Assembly: GCA_001724265.1 (NCBI GenBank)
Contig: MEDY01000157.1
Coordinates: 62,001-106,588 of the forward strand
Source: Rhizaria sp. SCN 62-66
Taxonomy: Eukaryota
Reading direction: 5' to 3'
Length of the DNA stretch: 44,588 bases
The translations under genes and the position numbers were made by a program. A model generated the notes under the pieces. The model was not told the origin of the DNA. It worked only from the letters and a program-made list of their open reading frames with translations, and did no database searches. This document shows, piece after piece, positions 21,601-35,000 of the stretch (position 1 is the first letter of the stretch; every line of letters begins with the position of its first letter).

Positions 21601-24600
21601 TACGTACCTGTGCGTCTGCGTGGAGCACCGCGGCGCGGAACTCGCTGGTGAAGGACGACAGCCAGTGGGGTGTGTATGACGGGTTGGGGTCGTCGAGGCT
21701 GTCCGCGAGCGCAGAGAGGCCGCCGGACATGTAGATGTCGCCGGCGCCGGTGATCGCGCCCTCGCCGTCCTCTTCCTCATCCTCATCCTCCTCCTGGCCC
21801 TCGCCGTCCTCGCCAGCTCCTTCGCCAGCGCCCGCGCCCTCTTCGCCCTCGGCGCCGCCCTCCTGGCCGCCGCTGAGGTTGAAGTTGACGATGCCGGCGG
21901 CGAGCGCGTCGGCCACGCTAATGTCCTTTCCGACGCCCTTCTTGCGCAGCTCCTGCTTGACCACGGTTACGATCTCCTTGGCCTCGTCGGGCGTCAGGTC
22001 GTGGCCCGCCTGCTTGAACACGGCGCGCACGGCAGACATCTCCTTGGCCAGCGACGCCGACGCACCGCCGGCGCCGCCCTCGGACTGTGAGGACTTCTTC
22101 TTGTCTGAAACAAAGCCGCCCTTTGACGGCGCGGCGAACTTAGACCCGGCGCCACCACGGCGGTGGCGGCGGCTCTGGGCGGCGCCCTTAGCCTTGCGGC
22201 CTCTCGCACCAGCACCAGCCTCAGCGTCCGCAGAGTCATCGAAGGCGCCGTACGGGTCCGCCTCAGCCTCCTCAGCGTCGACATCGTCCTCAGCAGCAGC
22301 GACACCGGCGGCATCAGCGTCCTCAGTGTCCGCTGCGCCCTCTGCCTGGGCCTTGGCGACGGCCTCCTGCATCAGGCGGTCGGCCTCGGCCTCAACCTCT
22401 GCCTCGGCGGCCTGCTGCTCGGCCTCCATCTGTGCCCAGAGCGTCGTGATGTCCTTCTCCGCCAGGTCCTCAATCCGCGTGGCGCGGGCGCGGACGCGGT
22501 CCAGCCACGCGCGCACCGCGAACGTGAGCGTGAACGGGCTGTAACGGTGCAGCAGGTGGCTGTGCGCGCCGTGGGCAAGGCCGGCGACAGTAAGATCGGA
22601 GGTGCGCACTGCGGGCTCACGAACCAAGTCGATGCCAGTGTCAACACGACGCGCGCCCTCGTTCTCATTGACATTGGCGTTGTTACTGTGTTGCTGGAGC
22701 TTCTGCTTGAGGTTGAGCGCCTTGGTGAGCGGGATTGTCGACACGAGCACGGGCACCGGCGGCGGCGGCACCAGCGCCGACAGCATCGCGCTCGTGAAGG
22801 TCCCGCCCGACTGGGTGCGCCACGGCGCGTTGGCGTCGAGCGTCAACGGCCGGTGCAGCGGGAACTTGGTGTAGGTCAGCTGCTTCGCGGTGAGCTCGCG
22901 CGCAGTCTGGTGCACCAGCGACGCCACCGACTCGCCGTCCTCCTCCTCTTCATCGCCATCGTCGTCACTGGCGCCGTCGTCGCCGTCGCCGCCGTCGCCG
23001 AGCACGAGGTCGCTGGGGTCGACGCCCGAGAGTGCGGCAAGCAGCTCGCGGAGCTGGATATCCTGCGTGGGCGAGGGCGCCGAGTGCAGCAGGCGACGAC
23101 GCACGGGCCACGAGCCCACGGGGCGGCCCGTGTGGTCCGTCACACGCACGCCACGGTAGCCCAGGTCCTCGACCAGCGTGTCGATCAGCGCGCTCAGCTG
23201 CGCGCTAGTCACCTCGGTCACCTCCTCGTCTTCCTCGTCACCGTCCGCAGCCTTCGTGGCAGCTTTAGCATCGCTAGCGTCTGCAGTGTCGCCCTGCTTC
23301 TGCCCTCGCTCACCAGCAGTCGTATCAGTCTTAGCCTTAGAACCCTTACTGTCCTTTGCAGCAGCAGCAGTACCAGCGGCAGGAGTCTTGCTGCCGTCGT
23401 GAGCCTTGGCGTCGTGAGCCTTGCCGCTTCCGAGCACGGTGACGACGGTGCGGGCCTTCTCGATCGCGACGGCCATCGCCTCGCCCTCGCTCTTGCCCTC
23501 CTTCATCGCCGCCTCGGCCGCCGCCTCGGCCGCAGACACCACGGCCTTGACCGCCGCGCGCGGGTCACGGCCTTGGTCCTGCGCGCCCAGCGCGGCCGCC
23601 TGCGCCAGCGCCATGAGCTGCGCCGACGCCTCCTGCGCGTCGACGCCGCCCAGCCCCGCACCAGCGCCGCCAGCGTCCGCGTCAGCGTCGTCGGCGTCGT
23701 CGGGGTCGCCGAAGTCGCCTTCCTCGGGGCTGGTGATCTTCTCGCCCGCGAGCAAGTGTGCGCCCAGGAACATCATCGCCCGCTGCGCGCCGCTCCCGGA
23801 GGCCCACACGGGCGGCGCCTGCGAGCCCTGCTCGGCGTCGCTGCGGTCGTCCTCGTCCTCGTCCTCGTCGCCGGCGATGATAGACAGCGAGTCGTCGTCT
23901 AGCCCGATGGCGCGCGAGCGGCGGCGCGCCTCGCGGCGGTTGCGCGCGTGCTTGAGTTCGGTGCGCCAGTCCTCGGCGATGCGCCGCACGCTGAGGATGA
24001 TGTTGCCGAGGAAACCAGCGTCCTCCTGCTCCTCCTCTTCTTCTGTAAAGTGACATGAAAGCAGTGAAGGCAAGAAAATAGCATGTGAAAATACAGAATA
24101 TGAGTCAAAATTGCGAATTTTGTGCGAAAAGTATAATTAAACAAACAGTACAAGGTCATGAAGCAATGTTAGTATAATTAATCTCGAATTGTAAACGTAC
24201 GGTGCACCTCGACTTCGTCGTCATCATTGTCGTCGTCATCGTCGTCGTGGCCATCAGCGTCGTTGTCGTCTTCGTCGTCGCCGTCGGCGGTGGCCTCAAT
24301 CGGTTCGTCGTCAATCAGCGCGTAAGTCTTGGTCCCCTTGAACAGGACCGAAAAAATAGAGGTCGAGTTGAGGCTGTGGTTGTACCCCACGTCACGCTGC
24401 TTCGACTCGACGGCGGGATCGATCAGCACAGTCGCAGAGGAGCCTGTAGCCGTCACCGCGGCGTCAGAGCGGGTGCTGCTAGCCGTAGCGGCGTCGGCAT
24501 CCTGTTGTTGTTGCTGCTGCTGTTGTTGCTGCTGCTTGAACTTCTTGGTGCTCTTGTTGGCGTTGTCACGGTAGCGACGGCGCCACAGCCGGCGCTGTTC

Positions 24601-26403
24601 CTTGGTCTGCGTCTTGCTTTCCTCGACCTCGCCGTCGCTCGAGTCAGCGGTACCCGCAGCAGGCGAAGCAGCAGCGGCAGCGGCAGCAGCGGCAGAGTCG
24701 GACGTGGCATCCTCGCCCTGCGGCCCACAGTCGGCGGAGTGCTTGTGGGGCTTCTTGCACTTGGGCTTGATGCGGCGCAGCGTCAGCACCGGCTTCGTCT
24801 TGGACGTGGACGCGTCCCCGTCTCCGGCGCCGGAGAGCAGCGACTCGGTCTTGCTCACGTACTCAGCGTCGTCAAACGTGGTTTGAGGGGTCTTAGCCTT
24901 ACTGCTGCTGTTTTTGTCGCTTTGGTGAGACTTGTTGGTGATGACGGTGTTACCCTCATCATCGACGGCTTCCTCGCCACGGGAGCGCCTCTTGTTCTGC
25001 TGTTGCTGTTCCTGCTGTGACTTATCCTCGTTCCGCTTCTGCCGCAGCTCCTTCTGCATCTGTGTGAGTGACACGAGGCGCAGCAGCGTCTCGTGGTCAA
25101 TGTCGCGCAGCATCATGCGATGGTGGTACAGAGTCACTGCGACGCCGTCGTCATCGTCGTCCTCCTCCTTCTGCTCGTCCTCGTCGTCGTCGTCCTTGTC
25201 CTTGTCGGACTCGGAAGCGGAGCCAGACGCCTCGGAATCGGCGTCGGCGTCGGACTCAGTGGTGCTTGTAGTCTTGTTCTTGCTGCCCTTGCCGTGATCC
25301 CGCGGTTTCATGAGCTCCTTCTTGAGCTCCACGAGCGCCTCCTCGAGCTCCTCCTCCGTCGCGCCTTCGAGCATCTTCTCGTCGATGTTCACCACCATCG
25401 GGATCTGCAGGCTCGGCGCATCCTCCATCTGGTCGCTGTGCGGCGGGTCCGGCAGCAGCTTCGGCGTCGGCGTCTTCTTCGGCTGCGGCTTCCCATGCGG
25501 CTTATGTTTGTGTTCGTGCTCTTCGTCGCCGTCGCCATCGACCTTCTTGCCGTCTCTATCCTTTCTCGTCGTTCTGCCGGCCGCTCTCCCGCCGGCCTCG
25601 GTTTCAGACTCGGACTCGGCATCCTCGTCCTCTTCCTCGGGCTGTTCGTCGCCCTCGGTCTCCGAGTCACCGTCCGCCGCCGCGGCCTTGGCCTCCTCCT
25701 CGCGGAGCTTCTTAAGCGCCTTCATGAAGTTGCCCTCCTTGGCCGGTTCCGAAAAATCCCTCGGCGCGTTGGCCATCTGCCACAGGCTGTCGACCGTGGC
25801 CGCCAACACGGCGGCCGCGCCGGCGAAGATGAGCACCTTCGCCCACTCAGCGCGCAGGGCCAGGAACACGCGCCGCCACAGCGCCGCCGCCGTCGCCGCC
25901 AGACCGGCGCCCGCTGCAGCGCCAGCGCCCGCCGAGCCAGCGTGGGCACCGTGGACGCCGTGGTCGCTGTGAAGTGAGGAGAGGATGCGCTTGCGGCGCA
26001 CGGCGAGGAGGTCGCGCACCGTCAGCGCGCGCTTCTCGGCTGCAGCGGCGGCCAGCGCGGCGGCGGCGCTGGCGTGCGGCGCCGCGGGGGGCTCGGCGTG
26101 CAGCGCGGGCGGCGAGAAGAGCGAGTATGGGGACACGGCCGCGGACGGCGTCACCGCGGCGAGCTGGTTGTTGGGCCCGATAGACGACTGAGATGCGGAG
26201 CCCAAGACGACGGCATCGTGGGACGCGCCGGCCTCGTCGGCGTCGGCAGGGAAGACGGGGGCCGCGGGCGGCACGTAGTTGGCAAAGAGCGTCGGGACGG
26301 CGCCGGCGTTGCCGCTTGTGACGACCGCAGCCGCAGAGGACTTAGTCGAGCCACGCAGCGCGAGGCCGCCCTGGGCCTTCTCAAGCTTATTGCCGCTTTT
26401 GCT

Positions 26404-26437
<34 letters not shown>

Positions 26438-27909
26438 CCGGCAGAGCCGCGGATCATCTTGGTCTTGCCAGACGTCGCGCTGGCGCTTGCACCGGCTGCT
26501 GCGGCGAGCGCATCGATCTCGTGCGCCGCGGCGCCGGGCTGGCTGCGGCCGTGGCCGTGACAGTGGCCGTGGTGGCCGCTCGAGCGCGGCGCGCGCTGCA
26601 GCGGGCCCGCGGCGGCCGGGCCGGGGGCGACCGTGGGCGCGAGGCCCATGCCGGCGCACTGCGGGGCCGCGCTGACGGCCGCCGGGCCGCCGCCGTGGCC
26701 ACGGTGATGAGCGGCGTGTGCGTCAGCGTCGGCGTGCGGGGGCGGGAGCGCGGCGGCGAGCGGCGCGACGGCGGCAGCGGCGGGGTCCGAGCCCGAGTGG
26801 GGGGCCGCGGCGGCCAGGGGCGTCGCGCGGCGGTGCGGGGACAGAGCGGTGCGGCGGTGGGCCGGGGAGGAGGAGAACAGGCGGCGCGGCTGCGAAGCCA
26901 CACTGTTCAGACCCGCACTCGCAGTTGCGGCGCGCGTCTGTTCCTGGGGCTGGGGAAGGGCAGGCGGGTCGAAGGAGGACATGGGCGGGGTCGGGGGCAG
27001 CGCGAACGCACGCTTCTGACCGCCGGTCACACTGGCACGGGCACTGACACTGGCACTAGCACTCGCGCTGGAACTCGCGCTGGAACTCGTGCTGGCACTG
27101 GTGCTCACGGTGGCGCTCGCACTAGCGGGAGAGACAGCGTTGTTGTTGGGGTTCGCAGGAGCAGAGCAGGACGAGAACGAGCGGGTGTATGAGCCCCACA
27201 TACCGCCGCCGTGGGCGTTGGCATTGCGACCGTGAGCAACAGCGGCACTAGCAGTACGCGCGCTGGGACTGTGGGTGTTGCTGTTGCTGCTGTTGGAGTT
27301 GTTCTTGTTGCTGGCCTTGAACGCATTGTGCGCGGCACGGCGCGCCTGCTCCTGGGTGACGCCCGCGGAGCCGGGGCTGGAGAGGGTGGCCGCGCCGGCA
27401 CGAGCGTCAGCGTGGGCGTGAGTGTGACCGCGAGCAGGTGAAGGACTCAGAGTCATGGTGGCCATGCGAGACTCTGAGGCCTTGTGGAGGTTGCTGCCGT
27501 TGCTATCGCTGTGCGCATATACTGCGCGGCGCGAGGTCTGCGGGGACATAGAAGTATTCGCATGTACGATGGCATCACTAGAGCTGACAGTCTCGGCTGT
27601 CTTGGCGGTCTTGCAAGATTCAGCAGAAGTCTCAGCTTCAGCCTCTGCATCAGCCTCGACAGCAGTCGTAGCAGTCGCAGACGCGACCATGCTCTCATGC
27701 TGCTGCGCGCACTCGCTACTAACGGTAGATTCACCAGCAAAAGACACGACAGCAGCAGCCTCAGCGTCTGCCTGAGTGCATGAGGTGGAGGTTGAGTGGG
27801 AGTGGGAGGTAAGCGATTGGGTGACTGTGCGGACTGCCTTTGCGGCGGCTCCTAGCGCGATAGGAGCAGCCTTAGCAACCGCAACGGTAGCCTTCGTAAT
27901 TGAAGACAT
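15614..27909 (-). CDS. Giant (~3,992 aa) low-complexity Ala/Ser/Glu/Asp-rich protein with one predicted TM helix; exons 27909-24201, 24042-21608, 21448-15614
   Basis: Three long ORFs are joined in frame by introns 24200-24043 and 21607-21449 (both gtacgt...cag). Exon total 11,979 nt is divisible by 3. Hydrophobic stretch WAKVLIFAGAAAVLAATVDSLW at ~25780-25846. No recognisable domain. Stop TAA. Confidence 0.72.
18860..19640 (-). repeat. Coding imperfect tandem repeats producing an Ala/Glu/Lys helical rod (AEAAAAAEA / AEAKAKAEA)
   Basis: Recurring gcagcctc(a/g)gc units on the + strand, including a 30-nt unit repeated in tandem near 19551-19620. Translates to ~260 aa of A/E/K repeats. Confidence 0.8.
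26404..26436. repeat. (AGC)11 trinucleotide microsatellite encoding poly-Ala on the minus strand
   Basis: Perfect agc run read directly from the sequence. Confidence 0.85.
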
Positions 27910-29013
27910 CGCAGAGGTGCTCGGTGAACGTGGTTAGAAAAGAGGTCGCAAGTGAACTGAAGCTGTGTCAAATGGAATCAAGTAAGAAGGTCGATGAGCA
28001 CGCCCGCGGGCGAAGAGCTTCTGCTAAGGAATATTCGCAGCAGAAACAATGTTACAAGGAGTGTGAGTACGCTATGTTGATAGGATAAAATGGTTTAAAT
28101 TAATCTCTGCAATCACATGCAAAATTATGAGCATTCGCACCCTGTTTAAGACATAGAATGATAACAGGGGTGACGGCAGTGGGAGGGCCAGCGAGAGAAG
28201 AGTGTGTTCGGATACACTATTGATCGAGATAGCAACTGAGTTTAGACTCACAAACAAATGCATATATGTGACCCCTCGTAGAGTATACAAAATAGTTGGT
28301 AGCTTCTTATATTGTGTCAATGGAACAGAACAAACACCATTTCTGTATCCGCTTGAGTATCTTTTTCAAGCGGGGTCAGAAGTAATCCTTTTACCTGATT
28401 AGTTGAGACCACCAAAGATAACAACACCACTTCGGGTGGCGATTTCTAGACTGGCAACTAGCGCCGTAACACATGAATCGTGTGGCATGAAGTGTGTCGA
28501 TTGAAGAAATAGTACACGATGTATTGATATGTGTCCTCATCTCGAGACAGTGCAGTCGCAGTTTAAGAAAGGCAGACGTTTTGTAGCATGAATGCCAAAG
28601 ACCAGCACTAGTTGACAGACGTACAGTTGCGCTTGCATAGATACTAGCACGTATAGTAGTACACGTGTTAGTATTACTAAAACTCGTCACCAATATAAAC
28701 ATTGTGATACTGCGCTTCTTGCTTCTAAGAAATATGGCACACCTCGAGCTAATTGTACTAGTATACGAAAAAGAATAAGACCATGAAGACACACAGTGAT
28801 GCCAAAAGAAACGAAATGTAATAGTAAAACAGCTTGACAGAAAAGGAAATTGAATAAAATCGTAGAAGACTTATATAAACAATGAAAAAACGAAGTGTAC
28901 AACCCATTATTCGGAATGAAGGCTTTGAAATCAGTGCTAAAACACTCATGTCTCATCACCTGAAGAACGACAAAAGACCTAGTACTCGCCGCTGTTGGAA
29001 TCAAAATGACACA

Positions 29014-32000
29014 TCACTGCTTATCCGGAGAGTGATACTCCGGCTTAATGTGACCCGGCAAGGGCATCGGCACTCGCAGCGACGGCTGCGCACTCGCGCT
29101 CCCGGCGTTTGCGCCGCTGCCAGGTGCGTTCGCATTGCTGCGGCTGACTGAGGCAGAGGCCTCGCGCTGCTGGTACGCCAGCGCAGACCGTGTCCCCATT
29201 ACGGGCACGCCACCAACGGGTGCAGGCAGCGCCGGCACCGCGGGCGCGCGGCCCGGAGGCGGCGAGTCAGTTTCCCCGCGCTGCGCGTCGTGCAGTGCGG
29301 ACAGCGGCGGCGGGGGCACTAACAGACGTGCAGGCGGCGAGCCCGTGGCGCCAGCAGTGGCATGTGTGGAGGATGGATTGGGCAGCTGTGGGGGCGGTGA
29401 TGCGGCTGTGGACGTAGAATGATGACGCGGCGGCGTGGCAACAGCAACCGTACACTGTGATGTTGCATCAAACGTGTTGCTGCGGGCTTTGTTCCAGTCA
29501 TCGTTGTTGCCATTGCCGTTGATATGATGAGTGGTATCCACGTAATCGTGGCAGCCATCGTTGTCAGCGTACGGCACCGGCACCACAGGCAGTGTGGGGC
29601 CAGTCAACCGCGGTGCAAGCTCAAGCACCACATGTGAAGACGGAGACGAGTGCACTGCCTCGTATTCCACTCCGCTAGAGCTGTGATTCGCGGAAGCACT
29701 AGCGAGCGGCATCATCTCGACAGCAGCCGGCACAGCACCGTTGCGTTCATCGTTACGGCTGACACTATTGTTGTAGCCGTCGCTGGTACGATTCATGGTG
29801 AAGTTAGAACTTGAATTCTGGAGCGTAGCGTAGTTGTCATCATCAAAACCGCCATTAGGCGCAACAAAACCGTTTGCATTGACAGCGACAGCAGGCTCAA
29901 CGTCAAGTGCGAGATTATTAGCGACGTGTTTATGACCCCTGCCGACGCCGGATGCTGTAAACATCTCGATGGCGTTGTACAGAGTGAGGTTGTCGTCGGG
30001 GGTTGACTTGGAAGCCGGGCCCTTCGGCTTGCCGTTGCAGCAGCAGAAAGAGACGACGACCAGCACAAAAGCTTTGACGCAGATACTTACGGGCTTCATG
30101 GCAAAGATCTCAATCACGTTGGAGATCGCAGAAGCCTGAAGCCATTGCTTGGTGTTGTCGCTGTTGTTCCGGTCGAGCTGGATGCCATACACGATGATCA
30201 GCAGCGCAAGAACAATGACGTAGATCCAGAGCAGCACGAAGCCAAAGAGGCGGAGACCGAGCGGGAAGGACCACGACTCGCGGAACCAGACCATGAACAA
30301 ATCATAGTCGATGTGCACGAGCAAACGCAGCTGGTTGCGCAGCTCGCGCACGTCACGAATCCCGCGGGCGTTGTCAGGAATCAGCGCATTGCCAGGGCCG
30401 TGTGTCCAGCCTCCAGCTTGCGCGATCGAGTGCAGGAGTACGCGTTCATCCTCGTCACTAATGATCGGGTTCCGTTTCATGCGGTGCTCATTGCGCGTCG
30501 CATACTGCATCTCTGAGATGCGGTCTGTGTACTTGAGCTGCGCCACGTGCTCCGCGTAGCCGTAGATCGCAGACTTGAGACGGCCCTGCTGAGAGCGGCC
30601 AAAGAGCAGGCTAATGAGCACACCGACAGGGATAAGGATGGCGGCAGAGATTACTGAGGTGACAATGGTGCTAAAGCCGACGCTGCCGTCAGCACTGCCG
30701 AAGAACAGCGCGTTGATCATGTAACCTGTGAGCACGAGCACAAAGCCAGCCGTGATGCGGCCAACAGAGGAGAACGCGTTGGTGTCATAACGCAACACGA
30801 CAGAGAGCCAGAGATGGTCGTGCTTGAGCAAATGGCGCGAAAAATCAATCCATCGCTCAGTGAAGGCCATCTTCTCGACGCCAGCGTCGGGGTTGAGCAC
30901 GGCCGACGACGGGAGCGACGCAGACGTGTCGCCCGAGACGGCGTCCCACTGCTTGCGCTGCGGGTCGCTCCACTCGCCATGGTAGTGGCGCAGTGCACGC
31001 GCATCTTTGCGGCGGTCAATGAGTGCCGCAATAAACGCAAAGATCAGATAGGCCACAAACCAAACAGCGCATGTGATGAGCGGAAGCGGGTGTGCCTGGA
31101 TGTTGGCCCATGTAAGGTTCTTGAAGTCACTCGCAGAAAGCGTGTTAAACCTGGGTAGGAAGTTATTGAAGTCAAGTCGGACACGGAACAGAGTCAGGTG
31201 CGTGCATTGGCACGTCGTCGTGGTGTTGGTGCTTGAGACGGAAACAAGCTTGCAGCCCGTAGTGCTCCACTTGCCGCTAACGCCACTCGGGTCGGCCTTC
31301 CACCACTCGCATGTAAAGCTGACGTCAGGCCAGGTTGGCTTCGGGTGCGGCACTTCAAGCGTGAAGAACTCGCCCCCAGCAGCGGCCAGTGTCGCAAAGG
31401 GGCTTCCAGCATGGTAGTACGCGCCGCTGCTGGTGCCGTTGAGATTGAAGTTCAAATGCTGCTGCGCAGGAACAGTGACACCGTCGGCCACAGTCATGTC
31501 GGTCACGTTCGAGAGCGTGCGGTTGAACACGGTGAACGCGAGTAGCGGCGACGACTGTGAACCGTTGAGGTACGTGTCAGCGCCCATGCCCGCAAGGTTG
31601 AAGATGGCTGAGTCCTCGATCATGGCCATGACGACCTGCAGAGCGCTAACATTGAGCGACTGCATCGACGGCGGCATTGTCACACGCGCCATAACAGGCT
31701 CTGCCCCCGTCCCCGCAGCGGTGTTGGGCATCGGTGCCTCCATGCTCGACGGCGCTTGTGCTGTCACAAAGGCCTGCGAGGCAACGGATAAGCCAGCGAA
31801 CTTCACGGTCGTTAGCGCGTCTTGTCCGACGGCTTGCTGCGAGAGCGAGCCCATCGCAAGCACGTTCATCTGCTGCGCAATCGCATTCACGACGTTCGTA
31901 GCCTCGTTCTTGAGCGTGACCATGCGTGCGCCCTCACTATTCGTGTCAGCAGTCGCGTTGGTAAGCGTCATGTTGTGGTTGAGAGCACTGAGCTCGCTCG

Positions 32001-35000
32001 CAAACGCGTCAATTAGCATCTGCGTCGCCACCAACGCGGAGTCTGCCGTCGAAGCCTGCATGCCGTTGAACGCATCCAGTGACGCCAGGGACGACGTCTG
32101 TGCAATCAAAAGTTGCATTGCTTGAATGCGCGCATCACTGTCCAGATGCTTGCCGTCAGCACAAAGCTGTGTAAGCAGCTCAATTGCCACCTCGGAGTAG
32201 CCCGACACCCTGTTGAACTGGTTCGTATCTTCGGTTGTCGGCTCAGGGCTACTACCACCACTATTAGCTGACTCCTCAAGCGCAGCTGCAGCGCGGCGCG
32301 CGTCCTGGGAGACTGTGAGCATTTCTGCCACGCTGCGCACCGCAATGAGTAGTCGTGCGCGGAAAGCGGTGTTCTCCGCCGCGGTGATACTCGCAGTGTC
32401 AAGCGCATCAGTGATGCGCAGGGTAGTTTGGGTCACGGTGGCGACATCTGAGAGCTCAGCGGCTGCGTTAAGCAAGGTGAAGAGATCCTCTATCTCTGTT
32501 GCGGTCGACCCATTGTCGGCGTTGTCAAGTACGTTGTACAGAGACGGTGACACACGCCGCCGTGATGACTCAGCCGGCGGGATGAAGGGCACCCTGATCT
32601 CAACACGCGTCCGAGAGCCCCAGATGTCGGTGATATACACAGCGACCACGCGCACAAAGTCGTCATCCGCTTGGCCCGCGCGCAAGGTGGCGTTGAGCGT
32701 CGACAGCGGCAGCGGCATGCCAATCTCAACCCACGTGCTCTTGCTCACACCGTGCACAACACGCTTGGATTCAGCGTACCAGTGGTATGTCAGTGGCAAA
32801 TCCTCCGGGTCATCCTCCCAGCCGCTGCATTGCAACATAAATGGAGTGTCGGAAACAGCATGAGTGGCGTTGGCGTCAGCAAACGCTGCAGTACAAAGAC
32901 CAGAGCGCGGGGGTACGTTAAGATGAAAGCTCCCAAACCCAGACACAAGCTCAGACGGTAGTGTGCCAACTGGCAAATCTTGAATCTCAGCCTGGGTGGG
33001 CACAACCGTGCCATCAGTGGAGTTGTACAGTGAGAGCCGCATCGTGTAGACCACGCCGGGCAGGAGCTTCTGGCCGGCGAGGGTCAGCGTGTGCACCATG
33101 CGACCCGAGCCGTCACTCGCGGGCGCCGCGCCGCGGTGCAACACCAATCCGGGCTCGTCCAGGTTCGCATTGCGTGTGTCGCACGACCATAATGCGATTG
33201 GTTTGCGCGCTTCATTCGCGGCGGTGCTGGAACCGCCGTCTACGCGTGACACGTATGCAGTCAGTATCAGGGGGTTCTGCTGGAGCAACTGCGCTCGGTC
33301 TGGCGGGGCGACTGTTACCGCGTACTGAGGGGGATTAGGCACAAGGGTTACAACGGTCGCTGCGCTAACAGTGGGGCGGCCAGCCTCCTTGCCCACGGTA
33401 ACAGAGAAACGAAGTGAAGTCATCCCTTCGGGTACGTTGGAAGTCAACCTTTCCGCAGGCACAGTAAGTACGCTGGGTGTCGCTGAAGTAAGATTTGCCA
33501 AGAGCATAGCTGTGTTGACACCGAAACAAAGTTCAGTCGGTGTTAGGTTGTCCACGCACGTCCACACAAAGGTTAAGTTCGCAGACGGTGCGTCGGTTGC
33601 TGGGTTAACGTCGGGGTCACGAGAGGCTGCAGCAGAGAGAGTGAGGGGTAGTTGCACCGCGTGAACACGGTCACCGCCAGTCAACGATGCACGCAGTGGA
33701 GACGCATTCACGGTCACAGAGACAATGTCTGAGTTAGGATAGAGGTGGTCGGTAGTGTTATCGGTCACAGAAACTTTGAACTTGTACGGTGCGCTACGCG
33801 CTCTCATTGCGTATGCGCGAACACGAAGCGGCGCCAAGTCTCCCGTGAAGTCGACATCGACAAGAGTGTTGTTGTCTGCATCCACTTGTTCCCACGAGTA
33901 CGTAATGCTGTAGCGCGTCGTCATCTCGTCGCACAAACCGACACGCGAGACCAGCGCATTCACGAACAGGTTACGCGAGGGCAACGTTGCGACGTCTTTG
34001 CTGCCCGCAATGGCAATCTGTGGCAGCGGTGCTTTGGACCGCGTCACAGAAACGCTCGTTTGTTCCGATGTACCATACCACGTCGTTAGTTTCAGTGTGA
34101 ACGTGCTAGTCTGCCCCTCGTCAAGAATTGTCGCAAGCACAGACGGAGTCAGAGTGAGCAGAGGTGCATACATCGGAGACTTGGTCGCGCGGAACTGCGT
34201 GGACGAGTTGTACTCACCAAAAGTTGTCTTTAAATAGTGGGTAAAGTTGGTGACTTGCTCCGTCCTGCCCGTGACAGACCACTCGTAGACAAAGGCGAGC
34301 CCACCGTTGTTGGTGCTAGCTGCGGTCGACAGCGTAAGGCTGTCACAAGGTCCCACCGTCGTTTGAGCTGTGATGACGGGCACAGGGACGAGGGTCAGGT
34401 CGACAGGAGCCACGATTAAGAGCGATGTGCGCGGGAGGAAAACTTGGCCTTCACCCTCGATTGCGGTGCTGCCGCGGCGAATGACACTGCTAAGAAGGGT
34501 CAATACAGTACCGACGCGGGCAGTGAAGGAAGCACCGAGCACGATGCTGAAGACTATTTGTGCAGGCATTGGACAGAATACGCAGAAACAATGTGGATAA
34601 TAGATAAGACACAACGTTCGCAGGATGTCACAAAAATGAAATGCAAAATGTGCTTCATAGACAAAGTTCAGCAGTGCAAACAAAACACGGACTCAAATAG
34701 AATGGTTGATGCAATATCATGTGGTAGCATTGCAGGAAAAAACGTACCAGTCGGGGAAACCCACGCACACGTTGGCTTATCGCCGAGGGTCGCAGTAGAC
34801 AACACCAAATCACAGTTCTCTGTCGACGCGGACGTCGTGTTGCGCGGCTGCTGCGTCGGGAGATCAAAGACAATCCGCAACTCATTCATGGCCGTCGTAA
34901 AACGCGGAACCTGGGGCTCGGGATAAGGTAGCCGAGGAACGGCAAATGCAGTGTATGGGGGCAGGCCATTGCCAGCGTGAAGGACCTTGATGTTGCACAT

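Noticed and set aside
27910-29013. Short ORFs in the AT-rich spacer (also in 5600-6700 and 8150-9000)
   Set aside because: They lack the GC3 bias and any motif; best explained as UTR or intergenic sequence. No terminal repeats or transposase similarity were seen.
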